A stretch of DNA of 63,756 nt, filler included, from Nemertoderma westbladi (taxonomy: Eukaryota; Animalia; Xenacoelomorpha): the NCBI GenBank assembly GCA_032718475.1. It is 3 parts of 3 records of this genome, joined end to end, with 100 filler letters (N's around TTAATTAATTAA, not from the genome) between each part and the next. Parts side by side here need not be neighbours in the genome. Positions count along the whole stretch, not along the records: positions 1 to 28,503 come from JAUCBJ010005030.1; positions 28,604 to 56,209 come from JAUCBJ010005401.1; 1 more part is not named here. One strand, given 5' to 3'. Shown here in pieces: positions 28,235 through 39,546 of the stretch. Below the pieces are notes generated by a model, which saw only the letters and a program-made list of their open reading frames with translations, searched no databases and was not told where the DNA came from. Every line of letters begins with the position of its first letter. Position 1 is the stretch's first letter. The translations under genes and the position numbers were made by a program.

Positions 28235-28503
28235 ACAACCCTAGGTTGAGGTGGTAAGAGATTACGGGTCGGGGGGGGGGGGGGGGGGGGGTTACTAAAA
28301 TTAAATCAATCATAAATTCAATTGTTGTGCGTTTAATATCTATATCCTTGATATTGCCACCGACGAAACATCTATCGATTTTATGTATAAATAACTGCCA
28401 AGATAATTATATATTGTATAAGATATTAATAATAATTGTAATCATTATATTATAATTAAATAATAATTAATTATATTGCTAAGCTAACTTATGCAGTTGG
28501 ACT

Positions 28504-28603
28504 NNNNNNNNNNNNNNNNNNNNNNNNNNNNNNNNNNNNNNNNNNNNTTAATTAATTAANNNNNNNNNNNNNNNNNNNNNNNNNNNNNNNNNNNNNNNNN
28601 NNN
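28504..28603. other. Artificial contig linker
   Basis: 44 N + TTAATTAATTAA (stops in all six frames) + 44 N = 100 bp. Confidence 0.97.
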
Positions 28604-28606
28604 AAA

Positions 28607-30273
28607 TGTAAGTTATAACAGTAAGTCCAGTCGATAAACGAATTGGCCTTATCTCAATTCGATTGGGAAATCCAGAATCTCTAAGAAGTTATCGAACTTG
28701 GACGATCCTATTCTCTGCGAGAGTTTTTGGATGAACGTATCCAGCTACGAGCGGAGGAAAATCAGCTCGAGGAGAAGCATATCGAAACGGCAGATACCTC
28801 GACCACAATCCTACACCTTCTGATGCAATCATATTGCACCCTTCACCCAGGAGTTATGGCCCTCCTAGTAAAGTGGCTCCCCCCAAAGAGAAAAAGACTC
28901 TTGCTAGCCTCAAAAAACTGCGTAAACGCCGTCTGCGCAAGAAAGACTAACTGTTTAGAGTATCTTTATGTTTTAGAAACTGTGATTTTTATATTTTATA
29001 GACTGAAAATCCCATTTTCTGGGAGCGGTGTAAAAGCCTTTGCTGAATTGCCCCGTTATTTTTATTATCTTTTACATTAAAATACTCTGTAGTTGATTTA
29101 ATAAGTGTAAGAGACCGTATTATTGCTGTATCGGTGTTTTTAGAGGATCTAAGACCTATTTCCTCCGTATGTGTACTGTGAAAGGCATATTTTATGATTC
29201 TATGGCAATTCGTGACGCAAAGGGGTGATAGCTACTCTTGAACAGTAGTTACTATGACTACGGTTAACAGCTGACATTCATACGTGTTGATTTCCTTTGT
29301 TCTACGGCGTCTCTCAGTTCAGTCAGCCAATTAGAGCGTTTTTGTGGCTCCTTGTACAGAAAATTTCCGAGAAATGACGCAATGCCTATGTGCAGTGTTT
29401 ACATTCAGTCTTGAGCCAAAGAAAGAACGGCTTGGAAGTATTTTGTGCTTTACTGTTTTTTAGTCGTACACTAGTAGGTTTAATTATAAAGGGCATATAT
29501 CCTTTAACATACCTAACGCACCTACCTAAAGACTCTGATGACTGATCATACATGCTGACTGCTGAAACATTGCAAACTCATAACAATCAGTGTTCAGTTG
29601 TTGTTTTATACTGCTATTTACTGTCAGTTCTTCATAATATGGTTGATGAATTATTATATTTGGAATAACGATAAATAACCCCGAAACCCAATGTTCTTGA
29701 TATACCGAAGGTAAGAGAGAAGGGTTACAGATAAACGATTGTGACTTATGTTAAAGTGGTTTGAAGTGAATCTAATGTTATTTGATAGACCCTACATGAG
29801 CCAGTCTGTGTTCCTTTTATATGTGACTAAAATCAGTGAAGATCGGCAGATTAGTGTGCAGTATTGTGCAGCATTGTGTATGAGTGAGTCTGTTAAAGAA
29901 GCATTCCTAAAGAATGCGCCATATATGTGAATTATAATTAAGCCATATCGTTGTGAGTAGTTTAAGTCATAACTCTGTTTATATAGATAAAGCGCCACGT
30001 CCTAAAGGAACTGTTAATATTACCGAAGGTGAATAATATTGTCAGAGATTATATAATACTGTCAGTCGAATAATACATTAGGCTTACATAGCAATAAAAT
30101 TAAACCGTCGAACCCAATCTCCCGGGAATCTCCAGCGGGTGAATGGTCGCGCACGGATTGGTTTCGACTAGTGTAGTGAATCAAATACTTGTCATAGACT
30201 AAAAAGCGATTTATTATCTAGAAGACATTCTAATTTGGCGGGTTAAACTGCCAAAGGTCTGAAAGCGCGAACA
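28607..30273 (+). mobile_element. LTR-like long repeat, copy 1
   Basis: Begins TGTAAG, ends GCGAACA, with AATAAA near 30093. Near-identical blocks at 34286-35914 and inverted from 57058. The left boundary is uncertain because the contig starts here. Confidence 0.7.
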
Positions 30274-30283
30274 AAATCCACAG

Positions 30284-31645
30284 ATGCGCTTAAGGGATCG
30301 CTTCTCTAGTACCATGATAGATGGGTTAATACGTGTTGGAGGTCGGCTTACCAACGCCCCGTTATCCTTTGACACTAAATTTCCCATACTCATTAGAAAT
30401 CTTGATATACAAATCAAGATAATTGTGGATGTTCATAGCAAACTGTATCATGCTGGTAGAGAACGAGTTCTGAGCGAAATTCGAACTCGCTACTATTTTT
30501 ATAAACCCCGTAGGGCTCTGAACCAAGTTCTTAGGAACTGCATACCCTGTAGGAAAGCATTCAGTAGGCCTTTAACACAGCGAGAGGCAGAATTACCTAG
30601 GGAAAGAGTAAGCTTCTATGAACCACCCTTTACTAATACCGGTGTGGATTTATTTGGCCCTATTGAAGTATATCGTGCTCGGACTATAGTCAAGAGATGG
30701 TGTGTCATCTTCGTTTGTATGACTTGTAGAGCTATCCATCTCGATATGGTAAACGATCTATCCACTAACAGCTTCGTGTTGAGTTTACGACGACAGATCG
30801 CTCGCTTCGGAACCAGTAACACGATGAGATCGGATAAGGGAACGAACTTCATTGGCGCCAACAACGAAATTCAAGCTTACGTAAAGGACTGGAACAAAAG
30901 ACAGGTGGACGATCAGCTAAGGATAACAGCGTCTAGCTGGACCTTCAACGCCGCCGACGCCCCTTGGTGGGGAGGAAGTTGGGAGAGATTGATTAGGAGC
31001 GTGAAGACTGCGTTCCACTTTATTGTGCCTTGTCGCGCTTATCTCACCGACGAACTATTGCGGACGTTAATGGAGGAAATCGCCGCCTATCTCAACGAAA
31101 GACCGCTTATGCCAGTCTCTTCAAATCCTGATTCCCTGGAAGCGCTAACACCCGCGCACTTTCTACTGAAGAAACCCGTAGCCATGCTCCCACGATCGGA
31201 GATCACAGACGGAGACGAGTACTGCCGTCGAACCTGGCAACTTATGCAGTTGCTATCCCGTCGTTTCGCTGACCATTTCGAGAAACATTACCTGCCCACT
31301 CTACAACTTCGAACTAAGTGGTTTGCGCAGCAAGAAAACGTCAGCGCTGGAGACATGGTGCTTATTGTGGACCCCGATCTCCCACGTAAGCGATGGCAAA
31401 CAGGACGTATCATCGAGACTTATATCTCGAGCGATGGTTTGGTGCGATCAGTAGAGCTCGTCGTCATGCGGCGGAACTTTAAGAAACCAGGGATAGTCTT
31501 TGAGACTCAACAGCTCAATCGCCCAGTGGGACGTTTATGTTTACTGGAAAGAGACAGAGAGCTCTCCGGAAACTATGGAAGGCAAGAAACTCTTCCCACG
31601 ACCACTTCCCTAGTCCAACCGACATCTAGGGACTCTCCAACTTAA
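30284..31645 (+). CDS. BEL/Pao LTR retrotransposon pol C-terminus (integrase), 5'-truncated
   Basis: GLIRVGGRL; HHCC finger (VHSKLYHAG...CIPC); DDE triad in GVDLFGP, SDKGTNF and WERLIRSVK; LNERPL, LTPAHFL and the C-terminal GDMVLI...DGLVRSV domain typical of BEL/Pao. Confidence 0.93.
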   Translation: MRLRDRFSSTMIDGLIRVGGRLTNAPLSFDTKFPILIRNLDIQIKIIVDVHSKLYHAGRERVLSEIRTRYYFYKPRRALNQVLRNCIPCRKAFSRPLTQREAELPRERVSFYEPPFTNTGVDLFGPIEVYRARTIVKRWCVIFVCMTCRAIHLDMVNDLSTNSFVLSLRRQIARFGTSNTMRSDKGTNFIGANNEIQAYVKDWNKRQVDDQLRITASSWTFNAADAPWWGGSWERLIRSVKTAFHFIVPCRAYLTDELLRTLMEEIAAYLNERPLMPVSSNPDSLEALTPAHFLLKKPVAMLPRSEITDGDEYCRRTWQLMQLLSRRFADHFEKHYLPTLQLRTKWFAQQENVSAGDMVLIVDPDLPRKRWQTGRIIETYISSDGLVRSVELVVMRRNFKKPGIVFETQQLNRPVGRLCLLERDRELSGNYGRQETLPTTTSLVQPTSRDSPT

Positions 31646-31663
31646 TATCGTTCGGAGTGGGCG

Positions 31664-32143
31664 TGTGACTCTATTATTTTATATTATTTTATTATTTTTA
31701 CATTTATGTATGTATTACTATGTAATTTTATTATAATCGTTTTATTTAATTTAGTAGAATATTATTTAGCGATTATTTTGTAGAATAGTGCAATATATTC
31801 GTGTTTATTACGTACATACTTACTTATATTATATTTAGTGCGACGGCGAAGAAATAATTATTTTTCTCTTTCCTTACTGTCCGTATTATATTATAAATAC
31901 GTAACTACAGTAAGATGAAATGTCCGTACTTATCAAAGTACAATAAAGCCACTACTATATTTTAGTATTATTGGTAGGCAGAGTATTAGGAATGCAAAGT
32001 TCAGATCCTCGTGTCTCGGCTAAACCAAGCTCTGGGTAGACCTTGGAAACGACTTGCCTCTTCACACTGACATTGCTTCGTGCGATATTGCTCTCATACC
32101 GTATATTAAATAATACATATAGTAGCGTGATGTCCCTTTAACA
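31664..32143 (+). mobile_element. Probable 3' LTR of the BEL/Pao element
   Basis: Purine-rich GGAGTGGGCG (PPT-like) just after the pol stop, then TGTGA. ATTAAA at ~32105 and TTTAACA terminus at 32143. The right end is inferred, as there is no second LTR to compare. Confidence 0.55.
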
Positions 32144-34285
32144 GTAGCGTATAACGCAGAATAAATCTGTTAAACCCTTTGACCATCTGTAATTCTAGTC
32201 GATTAAGATATCGTGGCACCCACCGATATACTTGAAAGACAAATTCTAGAATCAGTGGTTAACGTCCCCAGACAAGTTCTGGAATAAATTGGTGCCCATC
32301 TCAAATATTAATTATTTAATATTTGCAAATCTAATAAATCAAAATCTGTAAAATTCAGATCCTTCAACAATTCTAGTCAATTAAGATATCGTAGCATTTA
32401 CCGATATTCTTAAAAAGACAATTGTCATAGAATTAAGGATCTTGTGTCCCCAGACATATTCTAGAATCAAAATATGTCAATTTAATTATCAAATAATAAA
32501 ATTTCAGGGAATAAATTTAAATTCATGCCTTTTAATGAATTTAATAAATTGCCATTTTTACGCAATTTATAACATTCCCAAAATTCCATTAATTAATAGA
32601 TCAAGGGAGCGGAGATTTATCTTATTATGCATATGAGTGTGCGAAAGTCTCCCAAACATAGTCAATAGCCGATAAAATTCATAAAGTCATGTATAAAACC
32701 GAACATTGACTATTAAAGAATACTATTAAATAACATCCCAGATCTGTATGCATTGGAATTACTCTAATTCTACCGCTAGCTTTGCATAATGTCACCATAG
32801 CAACAACCACGCTAGAATTAGAATTGAGTTAAACGAACAATAGAAAGCTTGTCCCATTGAATAGCATAGGGAATAAATAGCGCACTACTAGTATCCAAGG
32901 ATACATAATAATACAGTGACATTCTGGAAGGCATTGACTAACGGACAAGTGACCCGAGTGTGTGTAATTTGTGACAAGTTGTGTGTGTGGTACTTGTGAG
33001 CTTATAGGCGAATGTTACTACTAAGGTGTGTTTACAGTAGCCAGTCGCAATCGTAAAGTAACCTAACTCTCCAAGGAAAACCTGAAGTACATCTAAGCCT
33101 TTGGGACGGACAGTTGAGTGACTTGTGCCGGTTGTCGTTGTCGTTGTGCGGCTACGTCGTTGGCGAAAGTACAGCGGCGACGACACATCGGCGCTGAGGA
33201 TCTCGTACTGTCCGGGGGTTGATTGGGGTAGGCAGCGACGCCCGCTCGCCTAAATGTGGACTCATTATAATATGGATAAACTCATATATAGCAGATATGA
33301 CGGAGTTGATAGAAGATGGTCTTGGTATCGGGGAGCGATATACTCTACTTTTACAAGCATTTGTTGATAGCTTAATACGCGGCGACGTTAGTCCAACTGC
33401 TGCGGAGGACGATGGTCGTTATATCGAACCGCCAATGTCCCAAGAGCAGCTCACGCGTGAGTTGGACTATAGAAAATTCGTTGCTCGATATACGCAGCGT
33501 AATGGTACGTATATGGGCTTCTTAACTACTGGTCATTCTATCAATTTACACAATACGGACTATGTCGACTATATATCCTGCCCAGCGGAGTCGGAACCAT
33601 AAACTGAAATTCGAATGCGAAAATTCTATTCGAAATCGACTCGAAAGAAAAGACACTAAAGAAACAAATAAACGCGGTAACTCCAACGTATATTTGGAAT
33701 TCTTGATAGAAGCATTGTAACAACAAATAAATATCACCCGCGTTTCCCCTACCAGACGTGCGTCTTTGGTATTATTATGATAAATGCCCTAGACCCAACT
33801 AATAAACGGAAAGACATAAACATCCACGGAGACGTTGTGTTAAACACAGTTGTGCTCGTTATATTTACTGGAGTTTCGAGCGAAACTTGTTTGACGTATC
33901 ACCTATGCTCACTCTGCTCGAACGATCCTGGAGTAAACCTACGATCAGAGTCCCGGAATACTCGGTCAAACCTCCTCATTCCTTAGTTGGACCTCAGACC
34001 TGCGATCCTGGTGGTGTCGCGGATCCTCGCGGACGGTATTCACTGTTCAAGATCTAGTGCTACCCTAACAATTAATCGGTAATACTCCGACAGTGATTTC
34101 TAGCTAGCCGCCCATCTTACCTAGCTGGATTATGACGCAGACACCTAATATCACTATCCAACCGTATGGTCGTCCCCGTTTAAAGCGATACAACCCCTCA
34201 TCAAGGTGAAGGAGAGCGTTGTACGAAACGAGTTAAACGCTATTCTATAAAGATCAAAAAAGAAACCTGCGTTTGTTCAGATAAA

Positions 34286-35914
34286 CGTAAGTTATAACAG
34301 TAAGTCCAATCGATAAACGAATTGGCCTTATCTCAATTCGATTGGGAAATCCAGAATCTCTAAGAAGTTATCGAACTTGGACGATCCTATTCTCTGCGAG
34401 AGTTATTGGATGAACGTATCCAGCTACGAGCGGAGGAAAATCAGCTCGAGGAGAAGCATATTGAAACGGCAGATACCTCGACCATAAATCTACACCTTCT
34501 GATGCAATCATATTGCACCCTTCACCCAGGAGTTATGGCCCTCCTAGTAAAGTGGCTCCCCCCAAAGAGAAAAAGACTCTTGTTAGCCTCAAAAAACTGC
34601 GTAAACGCCGTCTGCGTAAGAAAGACTAACTGTTTAGAGTATCTTTATGTTTTAGAAACTGTGATTTTTATATTTTATAGACTGAAAATCCCATTTTCTG
34701 GGAGCGGTGTAAAAGCTTTTGCTGAATTGTCCGGTTATTTTTCCTTATTTTCCCGTAAAATACTCTGTAGTTGGTTTACCAGGCATAAAAAGGCCGTGTC
34801 CTTGCTGTACTGGTGTTTTAGCGGACATAAAAGCTATTTCTTCTGTATTTGTACTTTAGAGGACATAATCCGTAATTCTGTGACGTAAAAGCTCGATACT
34901 CTTGAAAACAGTGTCGCTACCATGACGACGGCTAGCAGCTGATATTGCCACGTCGACGTTTCTTTGTTTCTTTGTTCTCTCGTTGTTCAGGTTGACCAAT
35001 CAGAGCGTTTGTTGTCTCTGTGTTGGAGGTATATACAGAAACTCAGTAGTTCAGTGTTATGTTTTTGCCCAGAGCCTAAGAACCGGCTTTTGGCACCTCC
35101 GTGTTTCAGTTTTTAGTCTTACACTAGTAGGTTTAATTATAAGGACATATATCCTTTAACCTGACTTTTAATCGCTGCTAACTGATCATACATACTGACT
35201 GCTGAAACATTGCAAACTCATAACAATCAGTGTTTTCATTGTTGTTTTATACTGCTATTTACTGTCAGTTCTTCATAATATGGTTGATGAATTATTATAT
35301 TTGGAATAACGATAAATAACCCCGAAACCCAATATTCTTGATATACCGAAGGTAAGAGAGAAAGGTTACCAATAACGATTGTGACTTATGTTGAAGTGGT
35401 TTGAAGTGAATCTAATGTTATTTGATAGACCCTACATGAGTCAGTCTGTGTTCCTTTTATATGTGACTAAAATCAGTGAAGATTGGCAGATTAGTGTGCA
35501 GTATTGTGCAGCATTGTGTATGAGTGAGTCTGTTAAAGAAGCAATTCCTAAAGAATGCGCCATATATGTGAATTATAATTGAGCCATATCGTTGTGAGTA
35601 GTTTAAGTCATAACTCTGTTTATATAGATAAAGCGCCACGTCCTAAAGGAACTGTTAATATTCCCGAAGGTGAATAATATTGTCAGAGATTATATAATAC
35701 TGTCAGTCGAATAATACATTAGGCTTACATAGCAATAAAATTAAACCGTCGAACCCAATCTCCCGGGACTATCCAGCGGGTGAATGATCGCGCACAGATT
35801 GGTTTCGACTAGTGTAGTGAATCAAATACTTGTCATAGACTAAAAACCGATTTAATATCTAGAAGACATCTTAATTTGGTGGGTTAAACTGCCAAAGGTC
35901 TGAAAGCGCGAACA
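34286..35914 (+). mobile_element. LTR-like long repeat, copy 2
   Basis: Direct repeat of 28607-30273 with the same GCGAACA terminus. Flanks GATAAA / GATAAG may be an imperfect TSD. Confidence 0.72.
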
Positions 35915-36594
35915 GATAAGTTCCTAAGAGACAACATTCGCTCTGAGAGAAGAAATAAATAGTTGCATCTTCTCTCGGGCAACAACAAACATAAACTACA
36001 GTAGAGAACCCAGTCCTGGGTTACTGCTTATTGATGTTTAAAGGGATCTTCTACTACACCATATAGTAGTAGGCCTACACTGTTATGAGTTAATATCACA
36101 GCATCTATAGATTATACAGTATATAGTATATCTATAGATTATACTCCATAGGAGAATGACAGCAGTAATAATACAATAAATTCTTATAACATTTTTGAAT
36201 AGGCCTACTTACTTAATAATATGAGTCTATTGATGAAACGCTCTCACATATAGCCAATATTGTTATTGTTCTGATGAAACTCATAGCTTAGCTAATATCT
36301 GTGTATATATATACTATCCACATTACCTGTTATATCTATAGTGGGTAAGGGTAATTAATACACTCCACATATTAGCAAAGCCAACATTGTTTTGTGGCTC
36401 AATGGCGCGAAATGACCGCAAACACAAAGTTATGTGTTTAGTACGATTGAAAAATATATTTAATTTATAACATTAAGACCAAGTGACAGTGGCGGTGTAT
36501 TCTAACCAAAACAATAAACGAGACTTTAATTCACTTGTGGTCAATTTTTTGTTGAAGATCACTATTTCCACTTGCGGTCAATATTCGCCACTAC

Positions 36595-37863
36595 CAGTGC
36601 CGGATTAACCTTAAGGCATATAAGGCACGTGCCTTAGGGCCAGCCGAAAATACGGGACAATTTTCTCAGAGAGTCATTACTTTGAAACAAATATTTTTAT
36701 CTGAAAAGTCCACACTTTTTCTCACTAAAATTTGTAGAGCAAGAAAGTGCATCTTTCGACTACTTTCTATCCCTAAATTTCTGATAGAAAGTGCAAAATT
36801 CTAGCTCAGTCGACCAACAGGTGCTGTGTTATTAGTTCGAGACCTGATGGCAGAAAAGTGCTAATTACTGAATTATGAACATTGGAAAATTTTATTTTAT
36901 TTATTCGTGGGGAATTATTTGTAGTTATGCTCTTAAACTTTATAGTACAACTAAATAATGACGTGGTGACATATGGAAATACTGTACATAGTAAATGTAT
37001 GGCGTGGAGATATGGTTGTGCGAAATTCATTTTATTTACCGGAAATGAGTTTTATAAATATAGGCCCTAATAGATTAAAAAAAGGGTCAATTAGTTGTAG
37101 ATAAAATAGTTGTTGATAAAAAAAAACGTGTCAGAAATAACTTATTGTCACTCCTGTAATTTAATTTAACCAAAATTCAGATGTTCTGCCCTCGTGTATT
37201 GAATTTTGCATTTGCAATTTCGCATTTCGATTTTAGGTGCAATTCCTGCAAAACCTAAAACTCTCGGACAGCATTATTGAATTTGGGTAAATTAAAATTA
37301 AAATTAGTGACAAAAAGTGCTCATTTCCGAGACTGTTCTCTATCGAAGAACATTACTTTCTCAGCAAGTCCAAATCTAGATCAGAAATATTATATCTTTG
37401 CACTAAGCCCACACTTTTGGTGTGTTATATTTCTCAGAAATTCCTGTAAAGATAAGTACCCCGCGAAACCTACCCTAAAGCAAATAAATAACACATCCCC
37501 ACGATCCGATCAAAATTGCTAAATGCTTAAGGGGCCAAGTATAACCCCCGCAGAAATGAAATTTTCGAAAAGTTTACACAATTTTTTGTAGTTTGATAGA
37601 AGGGCTTTCATAAGGTGATAACGGTTTTCAACATTGAATTATTTTTTGACCTCAAAACTGCTCTTTTCAACAACATAATATATTGCGGATATTTATGACT
37701 CTGTGTATAAAACAACCTTTTTCTCAGTTTGCCGATTTTGACTTTTTTCATCACTAAATTCCCTACTACTATTTTATTTTTTACTCAATTTCCATCAAAC
37801 ATATACCAAAATGTTCTGCAGCTTTAGTACTACTATCGTTGGTTTTCTAAAACATCGGCACTG
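36595..37863. mobile_element. Non-autonomous hAT element (MITE)
   Basis: TIRs CAGTGCCG / CGGCACTG and a perfect 8-bp TSD GCCACTAC at 36587-36594 and 37864-37871. An 8-bp TSD with CAG termini is typical of hAT. Confidence 0.9.
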
Positions 37864-38000
37864 GCCACTACCTGGGATTTGTAGACATGTTAGATGTAAT
37901 CAAACTTTTAATTAAAAATCTTCATAACTCGAATCTCATCTAACTACTATTAGTCTTATAATAAAATAATATTTTTTATAACAACATTCATTACCTACAG

Positions 38001-38264
38001 CCAATGTTTGTGCGAGAACGGAGGGGAATGTTTGCGGAACGGAGTCTGTCTGTGTTTACCTGGGTTCGCAGGGGACAGGTGCGAGAGGAGCTGCCCGGAA
38101 GGCCGGTGGGGTCACCAGTGTCAGGAGACCTGTCAGTGCGACAACGGGGGAATTTGCAACCCAAGGGACGGTCTTTGCCATTGTCCTGCTGGATTCCAAG
38201 GCGTCACCTGCAGTGAGAGATGCCCCTCGGATCATTACGGTCCCAACTGTAGCACAACATGCAG
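38001..38264 (+). CDS. Multiple-EGF-like protein (MEGF6/MEGF10/MEGF11/Draper-like), exon
   Basis: cctacag acceptor, gttggt donor, phase 2-2. QCLCENGGECLRNGVCLCLPGFAGDRCERSCPEGRWGHQCQETCQCDNGGICNPRDGLCHCPAGFQGVTCSERCPSDHYGPNCSTTC forms tandem 8-Cys laminin-type EGF repeats. Confidence 0.92.
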
Positions 38265-39546
38265 GTTGGTGTATTAGTTATATATTGCTCGATGCATGTT
38301 GACGCTATCAACATCTGAATCTTGTAATATCTGATATATGATTATTATGTAAAGCCAATAAATTATCATAGGTTTAATCGTTTCTACTTCAAATTATTAT
38401 GATTGTGATATACTGTCAGTTAATGAGTTAATGAAGGCACTGGTACTGCTATATCTCCATTACAAATACTTATGTCGGTGGGTTTATACCAGTATGCTAC
38501 GTAAGGTCATGTAATGAAGGAGGCAACACAATGTACAACCTCGGTCACTCACATCTTATCTATGTCCGAAACCGAAACGCAACCATATTTTTGATAAAAT
38601 TAATTATTATTGCCCTTGTTCTACCCCTTTGCGGAGACAAAATGTCATATATTTTCTTATAGAATATACAGTAGGCTTAGCTTCAGGGGCGTAGGCAGGG
38701 GGGTGGATACTGCTATGTATCCACCACCGCGAAAATTTTGGAACTTACACTAAGTACCGGTACTGAAGTAAACTGATATATTGTCATTCTCAATAGGCTC
38801 TCGCTTATCTACCTCTTTATGATCATACTGTAGCAAAATTTTGTAGGATTGATTGAAATTAAGAAATACAGTAGGTGTATGCAGGAGAAGGTGCTCCCAA
38901 TTTTTGAAACGTTATAGTAATAAGGGTGATGTTGCGTAAGAGACAGTTTTCAAGCGGTCCTACGAATCACCCAAAAGAACACAAAATTACCCAAAAATAC
39001 ACCAAAAAAAAACGCAAAAATACAAAAAACACAAAGAATTACCCACAAAAATACACAAAAAAACACAAAAATTCACAATAAAACACAAAAAACACAATAA
39101 AACACAAAAAAACAGAATGAACAATTGAGCATGTTTATATGTTTTTTTGTTGTTTTTTTTGTTTATGTCGTTTTTTGTTTGTATTTTTTGTGGTTTTCGA
39201 TTACCCTAGTGGCTGAGTACTAATTTGGGCGTTAATGTCCTGATTCTATGTTTTTTGTTAGTTTGTGGTGTGTAAGACTAGTTGTTTACCTGTTTATTTT
39301 TTATATACAAGCCCCCTGTTAGTCAGTATGTCGCGTGCGACCTTTAATTAACATCTTATCTATGGCATCATCTTTAGCAGCCGGCTGGTGAGAGGAAATG
39401 TTGAGGTCAGCCAATGAAATTCCTGATAAGTTTGCTAAGAAAATACACAAGTCGTGATAATGCAAATAAATTGGGTATTTACATTGCTGATCGAGAACTG
39501 TCGCGGTGTGGCGTGGTAAAGGCGGCCGACAATCATTTAAGTACTG

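Noticed and set aside
28548-28559. TTAATTAATTAA as a biological motif
   Set aside because: Centred in a fixed 100-bp N block and repeated identically at 56254-56265: an assembly linker.
28727-29080. ORFs shared among the LTR-like copies (also 34406-34888, 29748-29930, 35388-35582, 57390-57584)
   Set aside because: Conservation simply follows repeat identity; TTG starts or differing ends from frameshifts, and no recognisable domain.
32190-32470. Diverged ~178-bp local duplication
   Set aside because: Real but old and unstructured; no functional signal seen.
28607-35914. A single complete LTR retrotransposon bounded by the two 1.65-kb repeats
   Set aside because: No PBS after copy 1, no clear PPT before copy 2, the middles are strongly divergent, and the integrase has its own PPT and LTR.
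36225-36295. Hammerhead ribozyme at CTGATGA words
   Set aside because: No stem II followed by GAAA and no matching stems I/III.
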